This document shows, piece after piece, positions 17,914 through 24,993 of a DNA stretch of 24,993 nucleotides. Within the stretch, counting starts at the first letter, position 1; each line of letters opens with the position of its first letter. The stretch comes from a plasmid: sequence record NZ_CP065281.1. One strand, 5' to 3'. Below the pieces are notes generated by a model that was not told where the DNA came from, made no database searches, and was given only the letters and a program-made list of their open reading frames with translations. A program made the position numbers and the translations under genes.

Positions 17914-18146
17914 CAGGCGTTGTCGGCGGCTCTGCGGCGCAGCGTGTTCAGCTCGTCGAGCAGCTGCTCATAGCGCTGAAGGGACATGACGACGGCGGCA
18001 GGCTTACCGGCGGTGTCAGCCAGGACGACGTTGCCGCCACTGGTGGCCACCTGATCGATCAGGCGCTGATGCAGCTCGCGGACCGGGATCAGCTCACTGG
18101 GAACGGCTTGCGCACCGCCGAGGGCCTCAACGGTGGTGCGAATCAT
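17913..18146 (-). CDS. Phd/YefM-family type II antitoxin
   Basis: VRELHQRLIDQVATSGGNVVLADTAGKPAAVVMSLQRYEQLLDEL matches the Phd/YefM fold pattern. Likely start ATG 18146 after AAAGGTG; the track gives GTG 18155. Confidence 0.8.
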   Translation of the reverse strand: MIRTTVEALGGAQAVPSELIPVRELHQRLIDQVATSGGNVVLADTAGKPAAVVMSLQRYEQLLDELNTLRRRAADNA

Positions 18147-18177
18147 GGGTTTCACCTTTCGGAAGTGGGTCGGTCTG

Positions 18178-18214
18178 GTGTCCCCTCGGCCCGTCTGTCG
18201 AGCCGAGGGGACAC
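18178..18214. promoter_or_regulatory. perfect 13-bp inverted repeat upstream of TA operon (candidate operator)
   Basis: GTGTCCCCTCGGC (18178-18190), 11-bp spacer, GCCGAGGGGACAC (18202-18214). No T-run follows on either strand. Confidence 0.4.
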
Positions 18215-18233
18215 CGCCGAATCCGGTTGATGC

Positions 18234-18668
18234 TCAACCGCGTTCGGTGACCGTGGTGTTGGGGTGACGTGCGGCCGTGGAGCCCTTCACGAACTTGCCA
18301 GTGATGGCACTGCGGTGATGGGTTCCGCTGCTGCGGTTGGCGCCCCGTTCGGTGACCGTGGTCTTGGGGTTGCGCGCCGCGGTGGACGCCTTGACGTAGC
18401 GACCGGTGGTCGCGCTGCGGTGATGGCCCTTGGCCATTGTCTTGTCCTTTCGGTTTGTCCGGCCCGGTGTTGAGCCGGATACCGATCTATAAGTGCGCTC
18501 GTCGGCTCTATCCCTGAAGTCCCCGGAATCGTTTCGGTCGGCCTCGGCGGCGCGGCGTGCCAGGGCGTCGCCCTCGGCGGCGGTCACCGACCTGCGTGCG
18601 ACTCGGGCGGTGCGGGTGCCCAACGAGCTGGCGTTGATCAGTGCGGTGAGGTGCTTGATGGTGGTCAC
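18234..18668 (-). CDS. hypothetical protein with C-terminal tandem 33-aa repeat; possible anti-sigma/partner of upstream sigma gene
   Basis: GTGA start/stop overlap with the sigma gene. The C-terminus has two copies of HHRSATTGRYVKASTAARNPKTTVTERG, and the underlying roughly 100-bp DNA is tandemly duplicated. An alternative shorter gene (ATG 18438, SD AAGGA) encodes only the repeats (67 aa). Confidence 0.45.
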   Translation of the reverse strand: MTTIKHLTALINASSLGTRTARVARRSVTAAEGDALARRAAEADRNDSGDFRDRADERTYRSVSGSTPGRTNRKDKTMAKGHHRSATTGRYVKASTAARNPKTTVTERGANRSSGTHHRSAITGKFVKGSTAARHPNTTVTERG

Positions 18669-19488
18669 GACGTCCTCTTTCGGTTTCGGAGTTGGCGGAG
18701 TTGGTGGCCGAGGAGGTTTTCCACGCTCTTGGCGTCGCGCAGCCCCAGCTTGTCGGCGATCTCGCGCTGGGTGAAGCCGTGTTCCTGCAGGAACAGTGCT
18801 TGGCGCGCCCGGTCGGTGGTCAGCAGGGCCATCGCTTCGGCCACGGTGTCGTTGGTGACGATGGTCGCCTCGATGCCCTTGATGACGTCGAACTCGTCTT
18901 CGGGGAGTTCGTCCATCGGCGTGGTGGCCTGCTCAATTCGTTCAAGTTCGGCCCGCAGTGCGCTGCGGTAGATGTTGGCGAGAGGCACTGGCCGATGAAG
19001 AAGGTGCCCAGCGACGCCCCACCCGAGGACTGCCAGCGGTGGGTCTTGAGCACCTTGTCGCGGAAGTAGTTCAGCGCGGCGACCACGGTGTCGGTGGCGA
19101 TGTCGTCGATGGTCTGGTCGTCGGGCCAGCCCTCGATGCGGCCCAGACCGTAGCCGGTCAGCTTCTTGGCCTTCACGTAGATGGTGCCGTGGCGGATCCA
19201 GGCGCGCAGCACGCCGAGGCCGTAGCGGGTCAGTTCGCGGGAGAACCGCGCCCACAGCCGGCCGGTGAACTGCTCCAACTGCAGCGCCAGCACCAGCTCC
19301 TCATCGGCTTGAAGACGCCGCAGTCGTTCCAGCTGTTCCAGCTCGTCGGCCAGTTCGGCGGCCAGATCAGGGTCGTCGAGCCAGGCACCGACCAAGCCCT
19401 CGTCGACGCGATGGATGTCGCCCTGGTTGTCCGGTTGTAAGCGCGCGGCATCAACGGGCGGGCCGGGGCGGCGTGCCGGTCGATCCAT
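18665..19488 (-). pseudogene. sigma-70-family RNA polymerase sigma factor, frameshifted
   Basis: The N-terminal part (frame of 18820-19488) and the C-terminal part with a clear region-4 HTH (ARQALFLQEHGFTQREIADKLGLRDAKSVENLLGHQLRQLRNRK; frame of 18665-19255) are in different frames. The junction is near 18990-19005 (GTFFIGQCL / LANIYRSAL). Confidence 0.55.
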
Positions 19489-19902
19489 GGCTACATCTCC
19501 AGGAGGCGAGAAAGAGACAACCGATCCCTACGGTTGTCGCTTCCTCTTAAGTCCGCGCGTACCGCGAACCCCTGAAACCTGGAGAAAGTTTTTTTCCAAG
19601 CGAGCGGTCGCGGCCCGTGCGCTCGCCATTGTCCCAGGTCGACCCGACAATCCCCCGCATCCGGAAGAGGGGCTGCTGACGCCCCTGGGGCCGCTGGACC
19701 CGCCACGTGCGGCTCCTCGCGTGATGAGGTCGGTGCACCCGGTGTCTGGCATGGAAGAACGCCGCGAAGTGAATCGACGGAAGCGGGGCGCGGGTGGGGC
19801 ACCAAAGAAAAAAACCCCGGCCGCGTCATGGCTCCAGGCCAGAGAGGCGGTGTCCGGGGACTTCTGCCAGTTATGTTACCTCGGACCACGAAAAGGAGTC
19901 CA

Positions 19903-20673
19903 GTGGTAGAGACCCCCCAGCAGGCAGAGGTGCGTCGCGCCGCTGCGCTCGATCGAGCCATATCGACCCCGCGCTACGCGTCCTATCTGAACGCCGCCGG
20001 CCAAGACGCCGACCGTGCCCGCAAGCTCTACGTCTGGGACCGTGACCTTTCGACAGCCATTCTCGCGGACCTGGCCATCGTCGAAGTGGCGTTACGCAAC
20101 GCCCTACACAACGCGCTGACCGGCACCTACGGACCTGAGTGGTACCAGAACATCGCCCTCGATGACCGCTCGATGAAGCAGGTCGAACGAGCCTGGGGCT
20201 ATCTCCGCAATCCTCGGCAAGGCCACCCATCGACACCTGGGCGAGTGATCGCGCAGTGCACCTTCGGAATGTGGGTCAACCTTCTCGATGCCGGCGGCTA
20301 CGCCGGCCGGGAGCCCCGCCGCGTCCACGCCGACTACGAGCAGCTGTGGCGATCGACGCTGCGCTCTGCATTCCCCGGTGGGCGCATCGAAGCACGAAAC
20401 GACCCAAGCCCCCACGCGAGCTTCACCAGGACGTGGGTTCACTCCGTCGCCAAGACCGTCAACGTTCTACGCAACCGGGTCGCCCACCACGAACCCCTGC
20501 ACAACGGATTCCCGTTGCCTGGCCAGCGGTCGGGTCAACAGCAGCCGAACCGCCTCACCGCCGCCGAGGGCGTCGAGGCCTACATGAAGCTCACCCGCAT
20601 GATCGACCGCAACCTCGCAGAGTGGATCGCCAACAACACCAAGGTCACGACCCTGCTGGCCACACGTCCATGA
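19903..20673 (+). CDS. Abi_2 family (AbiD/AbiF-like) abortive infection protein, HEPN-type
   Basis: GTG 19903 after AAGGAG. The protein has ISTPRYASYL ... LYVWDRDLSTAILADLAIVEVALRNALHNAL (the Abi_2 signature) and a C-terminal NVLRNRVAHHEP (Rx4H). Confidence 0.75.
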   Translation: MVETPQQAEVRRAAALDRAISTPRYASYLNAAGQDADRARKLYVWDRDLSTAILADLAIVEVALRNALHNALTGTYGPEWYQNIALDDRSMKQVERAWGYLRNPRQGHPSTPGRVIAQCTFGMWVNLLDAGGYAGREPRRVHADYEQLWRSTLRSAFPGGRIEARNDPSPHASFTRTWVHSVAKTVNVLRNRVAHHEPLHNGFPLPGQRSGQQQPNRLTAAEGVEAYMKLTRMIDRNLAEWIANNTKVTTLLATRP

Positions 20674-20710
20674 GCCTCGCTGGCAATACCGCCGGAGGGG
20701 CCGAGACCAC

Positions 20711-20770
20711 TGTACATACATACATGATTTCTTACATGTAAGTCTGCATGTAGACATGTTTGCATGTAGC
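20711..20770. promoter_or_regulatory. iterated TACATGTA/TGCATGTA motifs: candidate par operator/centromere (parS-like)
   Basis: TGTACATA, TACATGA, TACATGTA (perfect palindrome), TGCATGTA x2 and ACATGTT, all within 60 bp immediately upstream of parA. Confidence 0.45.
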
Positions 20771-20787
20771 CCGGTAAGCTTCCCGTC

Positions 20788-21594
20788 ATGACTGTTTCGG
20801 CAGATAAGCAGTGCGAAATCCTGGCCGTGGCGCTGCAGAAGGGCGGCGTCGGCAAGACAACCACCACGATCAACCTCGGCGCGAACCTGGCCGCGATGGG
20901 TCTACGCGTCCTCGTAATCGACATGGATCAGCAGGCGCACAGCACCAAGGGGCTGGGCATCGAACTCGACGCCGAGGACGCGTCCATGTACGAGGTTCTG
21001 CACCCGGACCGGGCGACGCGCGTCCCGTTGGCCAAGGTCATCGTTCCGACGCAGTTCGGCATCGACGTCGCGCCCGGTCATCTCGCGCTCAAGGAGCTCG
21101 AGCGAACCGGGCTCGGATCGGGAGGCCAGCTGCGGCTAGCGCGCCAGCTCGACGACATCGAGGGCTACGACTTCGTGCTCCTGGATTGCCCGCCGGCATT
21201 GGGGGAGCTGACCACCGCAGCACTCGCGGCGGCCGACTACGTGCTGGCCGTCCTCAAGGCCGGCCCCGACGAGGTGGACGGCCTGGTGGAGCTGGGCAAC
21301 TCGATCCTCGACGTTCAGGAGACCCTCAACCCCGACGTGGAAATCCGGTACGTGCTGCTGGCCGACTTCGACGGCAACCCGAAGGCGAGCAAGGACGTGC
21401 GCAGACAACTGCGTGCCGACTGGGGGGAGTGGTCTGACGGCGGGGCCTACCTGGGCGAGATCCCGCACACGGTGCGGGTGGTGGAAGCCAAGGGCAAACG
21501 CGTACCGGTCAACGTGCACGCCCCGACCAGCACGGCGGCGGTGGCCTACCGCGAGGTCGCCGAACGCATCGCGGCAAGGCGGCACGCAGCATGA
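20788..21594 (+). CDS. parA: ParA/Soj-family partition ATPase
   Basis: Deviant Walker A KGGVGKTTTTINLG, with ParA-like length and layout. Confidence 0.9.
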   Translation: MTVSADKQCEILAVALQKGGVGKTTTTINLGANLAAMGLRVLVIDMDQQAHSTKGLGIELDAEDASMYEVLHPDRATRVPLAKVIVPTQFGIDVAPGHLALKELERTGLGSGGQLRLARQLDDIEGYDFVLLDCPPALGELTTAALAAADYVLAVLKAGPDEVDGLVELGNSILDVQETLNPDVEIRYVLLADFDGNPKASKDVRRQLRADWGEWSDGGAYLGEIPHTVRVVEAKGKRVPVNVHAPTSTAAVAYREVAERIAARRHAA

Positions 21595-21998
21595 ACGCCG
21601 CATCGAAACCCGCCGGATTGCAGGTCGGCTCCACCCGTCCGCTGTCGCGGGCAGAGCGACGCGCCCAAGCCGCACGGGTCACCGCCGACGAAACCCCCGT
21701 CAACGAAACCGCGCCGGCCGCGCCGGAGCCGCAGAACCCCGGTATCCCGCCCGCGCCCGTGGTGGCATCACCCGGTGGTGAGCAGAAGACTCAGCCGGCC
21801 GAGCCGGTTCGGCTCAAAGCCCGTCAACGCAAGGTGAAGAGTCCGTTCGCCACACAGCTGCACGCGGGAACCCTCGCGCGGCTCGAATGGATCAAGGCGC
21901 ACGGATACGTCATCACCGACACCGTCGACGAGGCCATCAACCGCTACCTAGACGACGCCGGCATTCCAAAACCGGACCGCAACGACCGCATGCCCTGA
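21591..21998 (+). CDS. ParG-like ribbon-helix-helix centromere-binding protein (type Ib partition partner)
   Basis: ATGA overlap with parA. Disordered N-terminus plus C-terminal RHH-like KVKSPFATQLHAGTLARLEWIKAHGYVITDTVDEAINRYLDDAG. Confidence 0.6.
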   Translation: MNAASKPAGLQVGSTRPLSRAERRAQAARVTADETPVNETAPAAPEPQNPGIPPAPVVASPGGEQKTQPAEPVRLKARQRKVKSPFATQLHAGTLARLEWIKAHGYVITDTVDEAINRYLDDAGIPKPDRNDRMP

Positions 21999-22091
21999 GG
22001 GTGGCGCACGCCGCCCCCTAAGGGGCTGACGCAAAGTTGTCTTGATTCTCTCGTCGACGCTTCCAGTCATCCGCTGAGGCTCGCGCGCCGT

Positions 22092-22126
22092 GGAAGTGCT
22101 TCCAGCACTGCACTTCCTTTGTTGTG
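22092..22126 (+). terminator. rho-independent terminator downstream of par operon
   Basis: GGAAGTGC (22092-22099), 10-nt loop, GCACTTCC (22110-22117), then TTTGTTGTG. Confidence 0.5.
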
Positions 22127-22467
22127 ATCTGACCGTAACCACACGAGTTGTCGGGATTCCGGCCCCCAAGGGGTCATTAGAGGCCGTGACACCAACCCTG
22201 ACAACCCGCTTCTCGCGGTGCCGTGCATTCGGCGATCGGCCGCTGCACCCCGCAGGTCTATACCTGCTCAGGCGAGACCTGGAACTGCCGCCACGCCACG
22301 CGACGGAAACCAGCTCTCGGGCCGGTACTTCCCCGGTGTACCGGAACCACGACGAGAAAGGTGTGGCCAGTGCCCTGTAAAGCACGCTATGCCAGCGCAG
22401 AAGAAGAGAGCGGGACGACAGCCAGCTCCAGGAGCCATCTCCTGACCACCGAACAAGGAGACGCCCA

Positions 22468-22689
22468 ATGAGCGAATCCATCCTGATCGTCGTGGCCATC
22501 ATCGTCGTGGCGATCATCGTCCTGGCGATCACGGTCCTGGGCCTGGCGATCTGCGTGCTCGCGGGTTACCTGGCCCGCATTCCCGACTGCAAGGTCACCA
22601 TCGGCGAAGTCGGCCGAGCGATCGGCGCCATCGTCGGGGTGGGCTTCGAAGCGGTGGCCACGATCATCACGTCCGTGCGCCGACCGTGA
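22468..22689 (+). CDS. 73-aa hydrophobic membrane protein with internal 15-bp tandem repeats
   Basis: AAGGAG lies 7 nt before ATG 22468. Translation begins MSESILIVVAIIVVAIIVLAITVLGLAICVLAGYLARI; the DNA carries three or four tandem copies of ATCATCGTCGTGGCC-like 15-mers at 22486-22545. Confidence 0.55.
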   Translation: MSESILIVVAIIVVAIIVLAITVLGLAICVLAGYLARIPDCKVTIGEVGRAIGAIVGVGFEAVATIITSVRRP

Positions 22690-22887
22690 GAAACCCCGGC
22701 TCATGGGGGGCAGCGGACTTCCTCGGCCTCGATTGTGGCGAAACGGTGGGTGGTGGCCGTCAAGGCCGTACCGCCGCTGCGCGGTCGACCTACCGGTCGA
22801 GCCTGGACAGCCACCACCCACCGCGCAAACGGGCCAGTACGAGGAAGCTGCGGGCGAGAAACGCTGGCCAGGCTCCGGAATGCCGAG

Positions 22888-23115
22888 CTACTCGGCCGGG
22901 GGCACCCCGGCCCGGTCCAAGAACTCGTTGAGCGCCGCATCCACGATGTCGGTGACCGCGTACCCGCGGTCCTTCAACACCTCCACGCGCTGCTGCGTGC
23001 CCGGACGCACATAGGTGTTCAACGGCACCTTCTGCTGCCGCTTACGCAAGGGCAGCGCGCTACCGGCAGCGTCGGCCGCGCCGCCGTCGAGAGCATCCCC
23101 AGCCGAATCGGGCAT
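22888..23115 (-). CDS. small RHH DNA-binding protein, paralog of the ParG-like C-terminal domain
   Basis: KRQQKVPLNTYVRPGTQQRVEVLKDRGYAVTDIVDAALNEFLDRAGVP aligns by eye with the ParG-like protein RQRKVKSPFATQLHAGTLARLEWIKAHGYVITDTVDEAINRYLDDAGIP. Confidence 0.55.
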   Translation of the reverse strand: MPDSAGDALDGGAADAAGSALPLRKRQQKVPLNTYVRPGTQQRVEVLKDRGYAVTDIVDAALNEFLDRAGVPPAE

Positions 23116-23176
23116 GCACGCATCCTACATGCATACCTAAAAGTAGTTTGCATGCAAATTGCTTGCATGTATGCAC
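23112..23176. promoter_or_regulatory. second cluster of TGCATG-type motifs in divergent promoter region
   Basis: GCATGCA, TACATGCATA, TTTGCATGCAAA (perfect 12-bp palindrome, 23148-23159) and TTGCATGTATGCA, located between the RHH paralog (minus) and the 23198 gene (plus). Confidence 0.4.
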
Positions 23177-23197
23177 GCACGCTCTTACAGTGAGGGC

Positions 23198-23488
23198 ATG
23201 GAAATCCTCGGCACGGTCCAAGACGACGTGAGTGCGGTCCGGGACTTCGCGTCCCAGGTCCGTGCGCTGTGTGCGCAGCTGACAGCCAATCCGTTCAACA
23301 CCCCCGCCGCAGAGAAGCTCCTCGATCTGCTCCTGGAGGACGCCCCGGCAGTGGATCTCGCCTTCGAACGAGTGTTGCGGTCGGTGATCCACGGACCCGC
23401 ATCGACCGGCGCCCCGATCCTGGACATGCTCGGCGGCCCACGCTGCACCGACCCGAATGCCGCACTCGTCGTCGGCGCGGCGGCCTAA
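23198..23488 (+). CDS. hypothetical protein
   Basis: ORF with high GC3 (MEILGTVQDDVSAVRDF...). Start uncertain; an in-frame ATG at 23159 lies within the motif cluster. Confidence 0.45.
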   Translation: MEILGTVQDDVSAVRDFASQVRALCAQLTANPFNTPAAEKLLDLLLEDAPAVDLAFERVLRSVIHGPASTGAPILDMLGGPRCTDPNAALVVGAAA

Positions 23489-23499
23489 AGTCGGCCCTG

Positions 23500-23820
23500 A
23501 TGAGCGCACCCGCACCGCCGCCGAAGCCAGGCTCCACCGAGCACTGGCAGGCATGGCTGCAGCGGTACGGCGGTGACTACACCGATGACGCCGAGCGCCG
23601 CGCCGCCTACCAGGACTTCACGACGAACCTCGACACCATCCAAGCCGTCTTCTCCCAATCCGATGACATGCACGTCGCCGGCTACCTCGAAGCCCACGAA
23701 CGGGTGGCCAGCGGCGACGCAGACAGCCCCGACGACGCCGAGACATGGGTTCCAGGCGATCTCACCGGCCACGCGCGGGCGGACTGGCTCGAAGGCTTCC
23801 GCTCCCACTTCGAGCCGTAG
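23500..23820 (+). CDS. hypothetical protein
   Basis: ATG 23500 (MSAPAPPPKPGSTEHWQAWLQRYGGDY...) follows the stop of the previous gene. High GC3. Confidence 0.5.
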   Translation: MSAPAPPPKPGSTEHWQAWLQRYGGDYTDDAERRAAYQDFTTNLDTIQAVFSQSDDMHVAGYLEAHERVASGDADSPDDAETWVPGDLTGHARADWLEGFRSHFEP

Positions 23821-23917
23821 GCCCAGCCCTGGGGAGGAAGCGGTCGGAATCGTGACACCACGCTTTCCGGCCCGCACCCTACGACCTCGCCGTGTGCACT
23901 CCTGCACGTCCGAGACC

Positions 23918-24241
23918 ATGCCGCCACCCGTCGATCCCGCAATTCAGCGCACTGTCCAGGCGGTCTACACCACAGACCTCGGGCTACCCGAGGACTGGAC
24001 CACCGACCAGCGGACCGAGTTCATCCGCGACGAGGCCGACCGAATCACTTGGATGGCCCGTGCCCACGCCGCCACTCTCGGCGACCTGAGCATCCGCGAC
24101 TGGACTTGCCGACACCACGGCCAGATGCCAGACCCACTGACGCAGACTGCATTACGCACCGAGGCCCGCGCCCAAGCCGTGCGCCAGGTCCTCAGCACGG
24201 AACTGTACGAACTCATCCCCACCGAGGTCGACGACTGGTGA
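23918..24241 (+). CDS. hypothetical protein
   Basis: Internal ATG of the track ORF (MPPPVDPAIQRTVQAVYTTDLGLPEDW...) with high GC3. The upstream part of the track ORF is low-complexity. Confidence 0.5.
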   Translation: MPPPVDPAIQRTVQAVYTTDLGLPEDWTTDQRTEFIRDEADRITWMARAHAATLGDLSIRDWTCRHHGQMPDPLTQTALRTEARAQAVRQVLSTELYELIPTEVDDW

Positions 24242-24348
24242 TCGCGCACCACGCGTTATCTGGAACGGACCTCAAAATTCACACCAGTACCACCCGCCTC
24301 GGCGTGTCCTGATGCTGAATCACCGATCGGGCTGGAAGGGTCAACGTC

Positions 24349-24558
24349 ATGCCAGCTCACGCAAAAGGCGAACGCAAGGCATACACCGTTCGCCCACCCA
24401 TCGAAGCCGTTCCGCTCCTAGAGGAGAAGTTCGCGCAGTCGGGCGTTTCGTCCATGGCGCAGTACATGGCGGACCTTCTCGCCATCCACGCCGGCCGACC
24501 AGACCTGGTGCGTGAACTCGGAAAAGTCGACAAGGAGGTTCTGCCGCTGGCGATGTGA
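24349..24558 (+). CDS. small RHH-like (CopG/Arc-type) DNA-binding protein
   Basis: GGAAGGG lies 7 nt before the ATG. KAYTVRPPIEAVPLLEEKFAQSGVSSMAQYMADLLAIHAG fits a beta-strand/helix/helix pattern. Confidence 0.5.
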   Translation: MPAHAKGERKAYTVRPPIEAVPLLEEKFAQSGVSSMAQYMADLLAIHAGRPDLVRELGKVDKEVLPLAM

Positions 24559-24993
24559 TCACCCCGCCAGGACCTAAAAACCTCTGCTGGTCGGACAGGG
24601 GTCTTGGCATACGTGACATCTGAATAGCCGGTGTGCGGATTACCCCGCTGACATGACGAAGGCCCCGCGTTAGCGAGGCCCTTGTCTGAGGTTTTGAACC
24701 GAGCGCCAACTCGGTTCGGGGTCCGCACCCGATATCCCCGAAGGGACTTTGCTCTGAAAGGCAAGTCTCACGGTAGCGCACGCCTGTCCGGCGTACCAGA
24801 TACGCCGCGCATCCAGTGTGCGAATCGTGACCTCATCAGCGCCCGATCACATCGGGCGAGCAGTACGCGGCCGACACCGCTCGGCGCGGCTGTAGCTCCT
24901 GCTGCTCCCAACCCCCATGTGGCTCGTGCGCACGCCAATGAGCGTCGTCGTGACTGGGTGACGCGTGCCGGCTCCTGCGCACCGTCTGCGCCG

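Noticed and set aside
19415-19961. ORFs 19415-19909 (+) and 19491-19961 (-) in the sigma/Abi intergenic region
   Set aside because: Low-complexity Arg/Gly/Pro-rich translations with no SD, overlapping the promoter/5' region. Treated as noncoding.
21136-21675. 179-aa minus ORF
   Set aside because: Antisense to parA, whose deviant Walker A is unambiguous.
21948-22532. 194-aa minus ORF and small ORFs in 22000-22470
   Set aside because: Span an intergenic region that contains a plus-strand terminator. Translations are low-complexity with no RBS. They overlap the well-supported 73-aa membrane gene in antisense.
1-24993. Looked for CRISPR arrays, rRNA/tRNA genes, IS terminal inverted repeats and integrase genes
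   Set aside because: No regularly spaced direct repeats. No rRNA-like segments. No complete tRNA cloverleaf could be built (only a vague T-arm-like stretch near 24710). No transposase or tyrosine integrase ORF; the only recombinase is the serine resolvase.

Overview
High-GC actinobacterial window (Mycobacterium/Rhodococcus/Gordonia-like codon usage) that reads as plasmid or integrative-element accessory DNA. Left to right it contains: (1) an HTH protein truncated at the window edge; (2) a candidate oriT and a MobF/TrwC-family relaxase-helicase with Tyr and His-triad relaxase motifs and Walker A/B, followed by a small acidic ORF; (3) a lower-GC, palindrome-rich island (about 4.7-8.4 kb) holding a 47-aa membrane micro-ORF bracketed by terminators, a wHTH plus restriction-endonuclease-like (D...ExK) protein, a HEPN (Rx4H, Abi_C/TIGR02391-like) protein, and a serine resolvase with a res-like site; (4) a chromosomal-type lipid-transport block: an MmpL RND transporter preceded by a soluble 142-aa protein rather than MmpS, two TetR regulators, three hotdog/PaaI thioesterases (two are paralogs), a frameshifted and 5'-truncated DHA2 MFS pseudogene fused divergently to a 5'-truncated LLM F420-type oxidoreductase gene; (5) a Phd/YefM antitoxin with an atypical acidic 98-aa partner ORF, a frameshifted sigma-70-family gene coupled to a tandem-repeat protein, and an Abi_2 (AbiD/AbiF-like, HEPN Rx4H) gene; (6) a type Ib partition module (ParA plus a ParG-like RHH protein) whose upstream TGCATGTA-type repeat cluster recurs 2.3 kb away in front of a second, paralogous RHH gene; (7) several small hypothetical genes, including a 73-aa membrane protein with an in-frame 15-bp tandem repeat. 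No rRNA, tRNA or CRISPR was seen. The most novel candidates are the recombinase-linked HEPN plus nuclease-like cassette, the TA-like pair with an unassignable toxin, and the duplicated RHH/repeat-motif sites.
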